Under the pieces are notes generated by a model. It saw only the letters and a program-made list of their open reading frames with translations. It had not been told where the DNA came from and did not search any database. Of a DNA stretch of 64,000 nucleotides, positions 1 through 9,718 are shown piece by piece. This stretch comes from Candidatus Cloacimonadales bacterium. Its GTDB lineage: Bacteria; Cloacimonadota; Cloacimonadia; Cloacimonadales; JAIOQZ01. How positions within the stretch are numbered: position 1 is the first letter of the stretch; each line of letters starts with the position of its first letter. Location of the stretch: the NCBI GenBank assembly GCA_963665815.1, contig OY762463.1, positions 3,392,001 through 3,456,000 of the forward strand, given 5' to 3'. A program made the translations under genes and the position numbers.

Positions 1-914
1 GAATTATCGCTTAATTCTATTGATATGTCCCCATGCATGGATTCGATTGTTTTCCTGATATCACTTAGATAGATGGAATGTTCACTTGCAGGTTTATTAT
101 CTCTGAAAAGTGTGAAGTCATGGTCGAAAAAACGTTCCTTCTCTAACTCAGAAAGAATCAATCCTTTAACATCTATTTTTAACTTGTTAAGATTGTTTTC
201 TTTATTAAAGCTTAGTAATATCGTATTATCCTTGTCAACATGATATACAATTTCTATCAGCTTAAGTAATACAGTAATCAATGTATTGAAATTCAATTTC
301 ATATAGTTATCATCAGAATCAATACTTTGCATGAGTTTACAATCCGGATATGAGTTACCGATCATCATGATTACTTCATTAAAGAGACTCCCTGTTGAAA
401 AAACAGAGTATTTTTTGCTTGTTGTCTCTGATTTCTCGTGAATCTCACTGAGGTTTTTTATCAGCTTACGGCTTTCATTTACAATGATCTGAATAAATGT
501 CCTGTTATCATCAGTCTCATCAGTGTTTTTAAGCATTTTTCTGGCAAAACCGTTTATGGAAGTAAGGGAGGTTGTTGCTTCTACAAGAAAATCATCATAG
601 TTCCGGTATTTACCTTTTGTAATGACAGGATTAAATACCCAGAAATCCTTTTTCCCGTCTTTAATCTTTTTTAGATTGAATTCTTTTCCATTTGAAAGCA
701 TTACTCTTGATGCAGAATAAGTTTCATCAAGTACTGTGGGCAGGAATTCAGCATTTATCAGAGAACTGAAGACAGGGAAAAACATGGTCGAATCTATTTC
801 TGAAGGTAGTATATGTCGGATAACTGAATTAATGTACAGTATCTTTTGCTCTTCTGAACAAATTACTCCGGAAGATACTTCATCAAGCAGAAATCTTAAA
901 TCAGTTCTTTTCAT
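1..914 (-). CDS. Sensor histidine-kinase-like protein with degenerate HisKA/HATPase; runs off the window edge
   Basis: Partial manual translation from ATG at 914 (frame spot-checked, not every codon): MKRTDLRFLLDE...DFLVEATTSLTSINGFARKMLK...IVNESRKL...IRKTIESMHGDISIE. H-box-like helix and HATPase-like tail; starts 3 nt after the hisC stop. Confidence 0.6.
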   Translation of the reverse strand, partial: MKRTDLRFLLDEVSSGVICSEEQKILYINSVIRHILPSEIDSTMFFPVFSSLINAEFLPTVLDETYSASRVMLSNGKEFNLKKIKDGKKDFWVFNPVITKGKYRNYDDFLVEATTSLTSINGFARKMLKNTDETDDNRTFIQIIVNESRKLIKNLSEIHEKSETTSKKYSVFSTGSLFNEVIMMIGNSYPDCKLMQSIDSDDNYMKLNFNTLITVLLKLIEIVYHVDKDNTILLSFNKENNLNKLKIDVKGLILSELEKERFFDHDFTLFRDNKPASEHSIYLSDIRKTIESMHGDISIELSDN

Positions 915-917
915 TTA

Positions 918-1988
918 TTACTCCTTACTTAGGAAATCTTTGATAGTATTGATAAAGTACTTATTTTGCTCAGGAGATGCAATAGTAACTCTCAGATGGT
1001 TTCTTAGCAAAGAGTGAGCTCCTATTGCTCTCACAGCAATTTCATTTTCAGATAAGAACTCATGCAGCTCTGCAGATTTATCCCCAATTGTGAACGGTAT
1101 GAAATTAGTATTAGTTTTATGGCACTTCATACTTTCTAAACTACTCAATTCCATATACATTTTATCTCTTTCGGAAATTACCAGTTTGTTATGATCCAGA
1201 AACTCATCCTTATGTTCCAGAATACTGCAGACAAAAGTCTTAGTGAGATTACTCATGTGGAAAAAAGTCATTACCTTGCCGATTTCAGAAATATACTTCT
1301 TGTTAGACAGCATATAACCGAATCTCAATCCGGCTGAGGAAAACGCTTTGGAAAAGGATCGTATCAGAATCAAATTATCGTATATATCAAGCTTGTCGGC
1401 AAATGTTACACCGGAAAACTCGAAATATGTTTCATCTATCAGCACAGGTTTATCTGTTGATTCAATTATTTTAATGATCTTTTCTGTATTTAGCAGATTT
1501 CCGGTTGGATTATTAGGATTGCACAAAATGGCAAGTCTGCATTCCGGTTTGTTTATCTCAGCAATGTACTCATCCACATCAAAATCAAAGTCCTCGTTCA
1601 GATGCTGGAAATTTACGGGCATACCTATGGCAGTCGAGTATGTTTTATAATCAAAGTAGGATGGAGCAAGGGAGTAGGCATAATCTCCTTCACGCCCTCT
1701 AAGAGATGTAAACAGGTAGTACAGCATTTCATCTGCGCCATTACCATATACAAAGTTCTCTGAAGTCAGCCCGAAACCGATATAATCTGTAAGTTTCTGT
1801 TCCAGCTCAGCAGTTATGCCCTGAAAGTATCTGTTCAGGTGGACATTCTCCATTTTATTGAGAAATGTTGCTTTTATCAACTGATACGGATCAAGGCTGC
1901 TTTCATTCAGGCACATCATGTGCTTTTTAAGAGGGACATCTATAATTGCAGGTTTACGTTCTTCAAGATCTTTGCGGAATCTGTACAT
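918..1988 (-). CDS. hisC: Histidinol-phosphate aminotransferase family (PLP class I/II)
   Basis: Motifs LNES, GNGADE, CNPNNPTG, DETY, RSFSKAFSSAGLRFGY, LRVTI. Confidence 0.85.
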   Translation of the reverse strand: MYRFRKDLEERKPAIIDVPLKKHMMCLNESSLDPYQLIKATFLNKMENVHLNRYFQGITAELEQKLTDYIGFGLTSENFVYGNGADEMLYYLFTSLRGREGDYAYSLAPSYFDYKTYSTAIGMPVNFQHLNEDFDFDVDEYIAEINKPECRLAILCNPNNPTGNLLNTEKIIKIIESTDKPVLIDETYFEFSGVTFADKLDIYDNLILIRSFSKAFSSAGLRFGYMLSNKKYISEIGKVMTFFHMSNLTKTFVCSILEHKDEFLDHNKLVISERDKMYMELSSLESMKCHKTNTNFIPFTIGDKSAELHEFLSENEIAVRAIGAHSLLRNHLRVTIASPEQNKYFINTIKDFLSKE

Positions 1989-2293
1989 GGTCTAATACCT
2001 TTCTAAAGTTTTTCTTCATTGAGATGATAATAGTTTTTCTGTCAAGAACAGTATTTTTTCACATGACATCTCATATAGCCGTTTGTTAATATTCCAGAGA
2101 CGATTTCATGCATCCCCCGAAACCAATACAATGTATGTATAACTTATTATAAATAAAAGTATTGAAACAGTAAATCAGTGGAAAATATGAATCAATGTAA
2201 TAGCTTTGACTAAGTATGATTGTTTTGCATTGATGATAGCATTTTCTCTTTTTTACTGTATAATAAATTTAACCGTTAAGAAATCCTGAAGCC

Positions 2294-2504
2294 TTGGAAG
2301 GATTTTAGGAAAAATTTATGGTTCCAGTTTACTGGAAATACATTTTAAAAAGAGTGCTTTTCGATGAAATTTACAATTTCATCAACTTCTCCATTTTCTT
2401 TTGTTTAGTTTTCTTTGGCACCAAAGAAAATGAAGAGTGCATTTTTCTAAGAAATGTCTGCTAAAAATCCTTCCAATTTTCTTGAAATCAGATTTTCAAG
2501 AAAA
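2294..2504. repeat. Intergenic multi-hairpin (MITE/REP-like) element
   Basis: ttggaaggattttag (2294) is inverted to ctaaaaatccttccaa (2461); palindromes at 2322-2337, 2363-2383, 2409-2430 and 2477-2504. Confidence 0.5.
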
Positions 2505-2587
2505 AACGGGGGGATTCCAAGAGACGATTTACCTTGACAGATACTTATTCAATTATTTATAAATGGATAAATTTTTAAGGAGTGTAT

Positions 2588-3130
2588 ATGAAGAAAGTAA
2601 ACTATTTTATCATGATAGCTCTGTTAGTGCTTATAGCTGGATGTGCATCTTCCAATGGACACACTAAACATTTGCCCTCATTGGATACAGGTAAATTCAT
2701 CCCATCCGAATCTGATGACAGACTAACTCAATATGATTACAGCAGACTTAACGATCATGGCCTTATTGTGTTTACGTATGATTTTACAGGATTATCAGGA
2801 CATAAAAAAGAAGGGATTAGAGTCATTGAAGTTCCTATGAAAGGGAATAAGAATAGTGATGTTTTTAACAAGATATTCAGAGTAGATGGTGTTCAAACTC
2901 TTCACAGATTCAGAGGTGTTTCAACGGAAGTACAAATGATGGCAATCAGGGGAAAAGTAGTTTATGGCGGTTGTCTGAAAATTGATGTGAGTGATATTGA
3001 TAACGTTGATGTCGTGCAAGTATTGGACAAAAGAGATGAACTGAATAAAACACTTTCTGAGAAGAACTGTAAGCTAAATATTGATGAAATTGAAGTTAAG
3101 CTGATGAAAGCCAGAATATTCGCCAGTTGA
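2588..3130 (+). CDS. Hypothetical lipoprotein
   Basis: AAGGAG RBS; MKK, hydrophobic stretch, lipobox LIAGC. Confidence 0.7.
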   Translation: MKKVNYFIMIALLVLIAGCASSNGHTKHLPSLDTGKFIPSESDDRLTQYDYSRLNDHGLIVFTYDFTGLSGHKKEGIRVIEVPMKGNKNSDVFNKIFRVDGVQTLHRFRGVSTEVQMMAIRGKVVYGGCLKIDVSDIDNVDVVQVLDKRDELNKTLSEKNCKLNIDEIEVKLMKARIFAS

Positions 3131-3152
3131 TACCTCTTAGTTTGAATGCATA

Positions 3153-3219
3153 AGATTTTCTGATGTCACTCAAAAATGAAATGAATGGAGAACTGATATT
3201 ACGCAATATTGCAGGTCAG
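3153..3219 (+). repeat. 67-bp direct-repeat copy of the helicase gene 5' end (other copy 4384-4450)
   Basis: agattttctgatgtcactcaaaaa...gcaatattgcaggtcag; 4 mismatches by manual alignment. Confidence 0.9.
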
Positions 3220-3327
3220 AGAGCTGTTCTCGAAAATGTCTCCGATTAAGTTGAACTTGATAATTAATTTACTGTTATCTATAATTATTAAAGAAAATAC
3301 TGACTATCAGTAATTTAGGAGACATAT

Positions 3328-4296
3328 ATGACCAAGTTTCATGTTGTGCTTTTCTTGTCTGCTTTTTTGATCACAGTCTTACCAGCAACACTTTCACCGG
3401 AATTTTTGAAAGCAGAAAAAGCAATTGCCGAAGATGACTATGAATTAGCTATTGAATTATATAGTTCAATTATTGAGTCTGATCCGGAGAATGCAGAAGC
3501 ATATTTCCTGAGGGGAGTCGCGAATTTAGAAGAAACAGACGATGATTTAGCTCTGGATGATCTCAATAAAGCTCAAGAACTTGGTTACAAGAATATCTAC
3601 TTGTATTATTATCGAGGTTTATCATACGAAAGTCTGATTGAATATGATAAAGCTATATCTGATCTTACAGTTTTTCTGGATGATTCATCCAGTAAACCAG
3701 ATTCTATTTTGATTAAGGCATATAAATCTCGAGGATGGTGTCGAAATGATTTGAAAGATTATTCCGGCTCTATTGAAGATTGCACAAAAGCAATCGAACT
3801 TAATCCAATGGATGTTAATGCAAACTTCCAGAGAGCAACCGTATTGTTTAAGGACAAGCAGTATGCAAAATCAATAAATGAATTCATACGACTTGCAAAG
3901 TTGTTCCCGAAGAAAAATAAAATTGCCAGAAAACGCATTATTTTCATAAAACTTGAAACCGGTGATTATAGCGGGGTGGTTAGAGACTGTACACAATTGC
4001 TGAATGAAGGATATCGAAAATGTTCATTGTATCAATTACGTGCAGAAGCCTACTTAGGACTTACGGAATATGAGAAAGCCCTTGCTGATATAAAAACAGC
4101 TCTCAATGATTTCGAAAAGCATGAGAAAATTCTTGATTACAGGAAAATTGCACAGATTAAAGCAAGAGCGATACTGGGATTAGGGTATGTTAAAGAAGCT
4201 GAAAGTTATATTAACAAGGCATTACAGCAAGATCCGGATAATACTGAGTTTCTTAAAATCAAACAGGAAATACTTGAAGCTTCAAAGAAAAAGTAG
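3328..4296 (+). CDS. Secreted tetratricopeptide-repeat protein
   Basis: Signal-like N-terminus; repeated TPR motifs (AEAYFLRG, AYKSRG...AIELNP, KALQQDPDN). Confidence 0.85.
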   Translation: MTKFHVVLFLSAFLITVLPATLSPEFLKAEKAIAEDDYELAIELYSSIIESDPENAEAYFLRGVANLEETDDDLALDDLNKAQELGYKNIYLYYYRGLSYESLIEYDKAISDLTVFLDDSSSKPDSILIKAYKSRGWCRNDLKDYSGSIEDCTKAIELNPMDVNANFQRATVLFKDKQYAKSINEFIRLAKLFPKKNKIARKRIIFIKLETGDYSGVVRDCTQLLNEGYRKCSLYQLRAEAYLGLTEYEKALADIKTALNDFEKHEKILDYRKIAQIKARAILGLGYVKEAESYINKALQQDPDNTEFLKIKQEILEASKKK

Positions 4297-4360
4297 TTTA
4301 TATACTTTCACATATTTCAATAGAACTTGACATCCGAACATCTCCATTCTTCAATGCTGC

Positions 4361-6877
4361 ATGGATTATAATAATAAACTGTCAGATTTTCTGATGTCAC
4401 TCAAAAACGAAATGAGCGGAGAACTGATATTCCGCAATATTGCAGGTCAGGATGCTGTCTTTGATGCAATCCCCCAACGGGTCGATCTGTCAATCCGGAG
4501 TTTTCTTGCAGCCAATGGTATAAGCAAACTGTTCAAGCACCAGTCAGATGCTCTAAATGCTGTTTTTCGCAGAGAAAACGTAGTTATCACTACAGGTGTG
4601 TCCAGCGGGAAATCGCTCTGTTATCAGGTTCCTGTCGTTCAGTCGATTTTGGATGATCACGAGTCATCTTCACTTTTTCTCTACCCTACAAAAGCATTGT
4701 CTCGTGATCAGCTTAAACAGATGAACAATCTTTTCCCGAATGACAACAACAGGATGTTCAAGGCTTTTGTATATGATGGTGATACTCCGGCTGATAAAAG
4801 AAAGCACATTCGGAATCATGCAAATATCGTAGTGACTAATCCTGACATGCTGCACATGAGTATATTACCACATCATACAACCTGGGAGAAATTCTTTTCC
4901 GGTCTGCGCTATGTCGTCATTGATGAAATCCATACCTACAGAGGTGTTTTCGGGTCTCATTTCATTAATGTTATGAGACGCCTCCACAGAATTATGAAGT
5001 TTTACGGAGCATCACCGCAATATATTATGACATCTGCCACAATTGCCAATGCTCGGGAAACTGCAGAGAAAATATCAGGACAGAAAGTTACTCTGATTGA
5101 TCAGGATTACTCCGCAAAAGGCAGCAGATACTTCATTTATTATAATCCACCCATAGTAAACGAAGAGCTGGGCATTCGTAAAAGCTCCCTGCTCGAAGCT
5201 GAGGAAATAGGCTATAAGCTGATTAGAAATGATCTTCAGTCTATCATATTTGCCCAGACAAGAAAGAGTGTTGAATTGATAGTCAACTATCTGCTTCGTC
5301 ATGAGGATGTCTCAGAAAAAGATGTGCGTGGCTACCGTTCAGGCTATCTGCCGGGATTCCGTCGAGAGATTGAGCAGGAATTACAGCAGGGAAATGCTAA
5401 ATGTGTCGTTGCAACCAATGCTCTTGAGCTGGGAATTGATATCGGATCTCTGGATGTGTCCGTTATAAGCGGTTACCCCGGAACTATAGCCTCTCTATGG
5501 CAGCAGGCAGGCAGAGCAGGCAGATCCGGTAAAGAGTCTGTGAACATATATTTGACAAGTGCCAGTCCGTTGGATCAGTATCTGTATAGTCATCCGGAAT
5601 ACATTTTCGACAGAGAGTCCGAGAAAGCCATAACGAATCCTGATCACCTCCTTATACTGTTCAATCACCTGCAATGTGCTGTGTTTGAACTGCCTTTCAA
5701 GAATGACGAGTATTTCGGAAATCTTTCACCTGAAGAGATAATTGACATGTGGGAAGTACTGAAAGAAGAACGCAAAGTTTTCGAGGACAGAGATAGCTAT
5801 TACTGGACTGCCGGAGGGTATCCTCCTGAACTGATCAGTCTGCGCAATATCGATTCAGGATTGATAAAACTCATCAATGATGCTCCTCAGAGAACAATCA
5901 TAGGATATACTGACCGACACAGTTCATACTGGCTACTTCATCCTAAAGCTATATATATACATGACGGTACATCTTACATCGTGAAAGATCTGAATCTGGA
6001 AGAAAAATACGCTCTGCTTCAGGAAGCGGAAATGGATTATTTTACTCAGGCACAGATGAAAACAGAGTTTGATATAGAATCAACAGATAACGCCAAAGAA
6101 TATAAAGGATTTACAATTGAAAAAGGTGAATTGATTGTTCGCAGCAGAGTTATAGGATTTCAGGCGAAAAAGTGGTACACTCACGAAATTGTGGGACAGG
6201 AAGAACTGGAAATGCCTGAGCATGCTCTGGATACATATGGATGCTGGATAAAACTGTCTGCGGATTTTGTGGAATCCCTGAGACAAAGCGACTCCTGGAG
6301 TAACAACCGGAATAACTATGGGGCTGACTGGAATTTGATAAAGGAAGCAGTCAGACGCAGAGACCATTACAGTTGTCGTAATTGTGGAAAACTTGAGGAC
6401 GGAGCAAACCATGATGTACACCACATAAAACCGTTCCGGTTCTTTGATTCTGCCAGAGAAGCGAATGCTATGGAAAACCTGATTACCCTGTGTAAAAGCT
6501 GTCATCATCAGGCAGAGAGTCAGGTTAGAGTTGTTTCCGGTCTCGATGGAGTCAGACATCTGCTCCAGAATATGAGTCCGCTTAAGCTTATGTGCGATAA
6601 TACAGATATAAGAGTGTTTGCAGAAAGTGCAAGTTCACTTAATGCACAGCTCCCGGCTATTGTCTTTTACGATGCAATTTCGGGAGGGATTGGACTGAGT
6701 GAAGAAGTTTATAAAGAGTTTTTCAGTATTCTGAGAAAGTCACTTGAAGTCCTGAAAAGCTGTCAATGCGACTCTGGTTGTCCATCCTGTATAGGACCTT
6801 CCGCAAGTAAGGACTCTAAGAAATACTCAGCAATAATTATTAGCAAACTGCTGAAGGTACACAATGAAAAAGCTTAA
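4361..6877 (+). CDS. DEAD/DEAH-box helicase with DUF1998 (MrfA/YprA-like) and an inserted HNH domain
   Basis: TGVSSGKS, PTKALS, DEIH, SATIAN, ATNALELGIDIG, QQAGRAGR; C-terminal YDAISGGIG...CQCDSGCPSC; HNH-like RDHYSCRNCG..HHIKP..NLITLCKSCH. Confidence 0.9.
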   Translation: MDYNNKLSDFLMSLKNEMSGELIFRNIAGQDAVFDAIPQRVDLSIRSFLAANGISKLFKHQSDALNAVFRRENVVITTGVSSGKSLCYQVPVVQSILDDHESSSLFLYPTKALSRDQLKQMNNLFPNDNNRMFKAFVYDGDTPADKRKHIRNHANIVVTNPDMLHMSILPHHTTWEKFFSGLRYVVIDEIHTYRGVFGSHFINVMRRLHRIMKFYGASPQYIMTSATIANARETAEKISGQKVTLIDQDYSAKGSRYFIYYNPPIVNEELGIRKSSLLEAEEIGYKLIRNDLQSIIFAQTRKSVELIVNYLLRHEDVSEKDVRGYRSGYLPGFRREIEQELQQGNAKCVVATNALELGIDIGSLDVSVISGYPGTIASLWQQAGRAGRSGKESVNIYLTSASPLDQYLYSHPEYIFDRESEKAITNPDHLLILFNHLQCAVFELPFKNDEYFGNLSPEEIIDMWEVLKEERKVFEDRDSYYWTAGGYPPELISLRNIDSGLIKLINDAPQRTIIGYTDRHSSYWLLHPKAIYIHDGTSYIVKDLNLEEKYALLQEAEMDYFTQAQMKTEFDIESTDNAKEYKGFTIEKGELIVRSRVIGFQAKKWYTHEIVGQEELEMPEHALDTYGCWIKLSADFVESLRQSDSWSNNRNNYGADWNLIKEAVRRRDHYSCRNCGKLEDGANHDVHHIKPFRFFDSAREANAMENLITLCKSCHHQAESQVRVVSGLDGVRHLLQNMSPLKLMCDNTDIRVFAESASSLNAQLPAIVFYDAISGGIGLSEEVYKEFFSILRKSLEVLKSCQCDSGCPSCIGPSASKDSKKYSAIIISKLLKVHNEKA

Positions 6878-8054
6878 AGCAAAACTGAAGTCACTTGGTG
6901 CAGAGTTAAAAAAAGAGGATTCTGCTGTTGAAGAAGTTTTAGAGACTGAATCCGAGTCTTATATTGAAACTCCTTATGGAAAAGTACGCTGCAAAAAGAC
7001 AATTCATGATATGAATCTACAATTTTCGAGTGATATTTCGCAAGGGATAAGAAGTGTAAGTAAATATTGCAGAGTTCCACAAGCACTGGCATCAAATCCA
7101 TTCAATTTTGTGTTCATTGATCTGGAGACAACAGGACTTTCAGGTGGAGCAGGGACTATACCATTTCTGACAGGAGCAGGAGTCCTTAAAAATGGCAAAT
7201 TTGAGCTGTATCAGTATTTTCTTGAGTCACCATCTCAGGAGAAAGCAGGTCTGCATCTTGTAAAAGATATGATAAAAGATAAGTCGATTGTTGTCTCATT
7301 CAATGGAAAGAGCTTTGATATCCCGCTTCTGAAGAGTCGTTTTGTACTCCATTTCAGAGAACATCCATTTGACGAAAAGTATAATCTTGATCTTCTGCAT
7401 ATTTTCCGAAGGCTCTATAAAAACCGGTTCGAGAATTGTTCTCTGCAATACCTTGAATACCGCATACTGAAGCTATTCAGAACCTCATCTGACATAGAAG
7501 GTTATCTCATACCGGAGATGTATACACAGTATCTGCATGACAGAGATGAGGACTTTGTAGAAAGTGTGCTGTATCATAATGAAGTGGATATTACCTCCAT
7601 GGTAAGTCTACTTGATTTTCTGGTGAAATACCTGTCTGAGCCGTGCTGTGAAGATTATGAGGATTTAACCGATCCATTAGCTGTATGCAGATTCTTTGAG
7701 TTCATTGAAGATACTGAATGTGCAGAGAATATGTATTCAAGCTATAAAGAGAATCCGTTATGTACTAATGATGAGAAATTTCAGTGGCACTATTCGATTA
7801 TGCTGAAAAAGTCTAAACGAGTTAATGAGGCTGTGGAAGTCTGGGAAAAACTGACGGAATCCAGCATAGATGCGTGTTGCGAACTGGCAAAGCACTATGA
7901 ACACCGGATGAAGAACTTCGATAAGGCTATTCAGTATACATATTCGGCATTTGATCTGGCATTGAGTCAGGGGAAATCTGTCACAGTCCTGAAGGCAATC
8001 CAGACCAGAATGCAAAGACTTGAGCAAAAATTGAAAAGGGTGAGAAACGGATAA
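6864..8054 (+). CDS. RNase H-like DEDD exonuclease with C-terminal TPRs (MrfB/YprB-like)
   Basis: FIDLETTGLSGGAGT, SFNGKSFDIP, DLLH, HNEVDI, LAKHYEH; overlaps the helicase stop. Confidence 0.85.
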   Translation: MKKLKAKLKSLGAELKKEDSAVEEVLETESESYIETPYGKVRCKKTIHDMNLQFSSDISQGIRSVSKYCRVPQALASNPFNFVFIDLETTGLSGGAGTIPFLTGAGVLKNGKFELYQYFLESPSQEKAGLHLVKDMIKDKSIVVSFNGKSFDIPLLKSRFVLHFREHPFDEKYNLDLLHIFRRLYKNRFENCSLQYLEYRILKLFRTSSDIEGYLIPEMYTQYLHDRDEDFVESVLYHNEVDITSMVSLLDFLVKYLSEPCCEDYEDLTDPLAVCRFFEFIEDTECAENMYSSYKENPLCTNDEKFQWHYSIMLKKSKRVNEAVEVWEKLTESSIDACCELAKHYEHRMKNFDKAIQYTYSAFDLALSQGKSVTVLKAIQTRMQRLEQKLKRVRNG

Positions 8055-8351
8055 AATCCATATTAACCTTTGTAATACGAATAACAGGGATTCCTGTTAC
8101 CTTAGAAGAGATCAGCGAAATCATCCTCGTTTAAGGTTAGTTTAAAATGTACTTATTTTTTATCTCAGAGCACAATGACTGAGCCTATACTAAATCGACA
8201 ATGTTGATATAATCCTGAATAAGAATCAAACATATGTATGCCTTTAAGTGTCAAGAACCAGATCAAATCCATATCTTTTATCAGCAATATTTCCGTAAAT
8301 AAAACTTGCAGTTCAGTTAATATTTTGATCATATTGGTTTATGAGGCAAAA

Positions 8352-9716
8352 ATGAATAGAAATTATAAATATCACGAGGCAACAATAAGTATCTGCCCGG
8401 AGTGCAATAAAAGAGTCCCTGCAAAGATAATTTTCAGAGATAACAAAGTATATCTGAAGAAACACTGCGAGGAACACGGGATAACAGAAGAACTCTTCGA
8501 AGAGGATATTGAGTATTATCTGAATAAAAGGAAGTTCGATAAACCCGGTACTGTCTCAGAGATTCAGACTGAGACAAATAGAGGCTGTCCCTGGGATTGC
8601 GGACTGTGCCCTGAGCACGATCAGCATACCTGCATTGGTTTGGTGGAGATAACAGAAAACTGTGATCTGAATTGTCCGGTTTGTTATGCTAAGAGTGATT
8701 CAGGTAGTTTCATGTCATTGGATAGAATCAGTAAAATGATGGATTTCTTTGTGCAGAGTGAAGGTGGAGAAGCTGAGATTCTGCAGATCAGCGGGGGAGA
8801 ACCTACAACCCATCCGGATATTATCAAAATCATAGAGCTGGCTCGCAAGAAGAATATACGCTATGTGATGCTTAATACAAACGGACTGCGCATTGCTGAT
8901 GATCTTGAGTTTGTCTCAGATCTCAGCAAATTCGAAGGAGGATTTGAAGTGTATCTCCAGTTTGATGGTTTTGATCCTGAAATATACCGAACTTTACGTG
9001 GCAGAGATATTCTGGAACAAAAACTGAAAGCTGTGAAAGTGCTGACTATGTTCAAAATTCCCGTAACGCTTGTGGTAACTGTTCAGAAAGGGTTAAATGA
9101 TCACCAACTTGGTAAAATCATTGAGTTCGGTATGGAAACCGAAGGAGTGCGTGGAGTTAATCTTCAGCCTGTAGCATATTTTGGCAGATTTAACAAAGAG
9201 GCAACATCTGACAGGATTACTCTGTCCGGAGTGATTCACAGTATTGAGAACCAGCTTCCGGATGTATTTCAAAAGGGTGATATAGTGCCGCTTCCCTGCA
9301 ATGTTGAACGGGTAGGTGTGACATATCTCAGCAAAGTAAAAGGTAAGTTTGTACCTGTTACCAGAAACGTGAAGATAGAAGACTATCTACCGCTTATAGA
9401 TAACACCTTTGCATTTGATGCGGACAGAATCATAAAGAAGAGGGAAAAAGAATCTGTGACTTCAATTGAAGGAACCTGCAGTTGTATGAACTTCCTGAAA
9501 GATATGAAGTCAATTATTCCTGTAAGTTTTGCATTCAAGTCAAAGAAAGAAAAGCTCAAGTATATTAATAACAATACATTCCGAATAAGTGTGACCTCTT
9601 TTGTAGATAAATACAATTTTGATCTGAAATCTATGCAGAAAGAATGCGTTCATATATTAACGGAAGATTTAAGAAGAATTCCATTTTCTGCGTATAACAT
9701 GTTTTACAGGGATTAA
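8352..9716 (+). CDS. Radical SAM protein of the Tes/GDGT-MAS (MJ0619-like) family
   Basis: N-terminal CPEC...CEEHG, GCPWDCGLCPEH, SAM motif CDLNCPVC, SGGEPT, YLQFDG, C-terminal ECVH...IPFSAYN; start moved to ATG 8352 after a GAGG RBS. Confidence 0.8.
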   Translation: MNRNYKYHEATISICPECNKRVPAKIIFRDNKVYLKKHCEEHGITEELFEEDIEYYLNKRKFDKPGTVSEIQTETNRGCPWDCGLCPEHDQHTCIGLVEITENCDLNCPVCYAKSDSGSFMSLDRISKMMDFFVQSEGGEAEILQISGGEPTTHPDIIKIIELARKKNIRYVMLNTNGLRIADDLEFVSDLSKFEGGFEVYLQFDGFDPEIYRTLRGRDILEQKLKAVKVLTMFKIPVTLVVTVQKGLNDHQLGKIIEFGMETEGVRGVNLQPVAYFGRFNKEATSDRITLSGVIHSIENQLPDVFQKGDIVPLPCNVERVGVTYLSKVKGKFVPVTRNVKIEDYLPLIDNTFAFDADRIIKKREKESVTSIEGTCSCMNFLKDMKSIIPVSFAFKSKKEKLKYINNNTFRISVTSFVDKYNFDLKSMQKECVHILTEDLRRIPFSAYNMFYRD

Positions 9717-9718
9717 GA

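Noticed and set aside
438-1650. Plus-strand ORFs 438-674, 736-1017 and 1348-1650, and similar short ORFs overlapping long genes throughout
   Set aside because: Antisense or off-frame shadows of well-supported genes, with no motifs
4361-8054. DISARM/Druantia-type defence helicase (DUF1998)
   Set aside because: Single helicase-DUF1998 polypeptide paired with a YprB-like exonuclease matches the MrfAB repair arrangement; no partner defence genes nearby
8238-8351. N-terminal extension of the radical SAM ORF
   Set aside because: Family-like sequence and an RBS begin at ATG 8352
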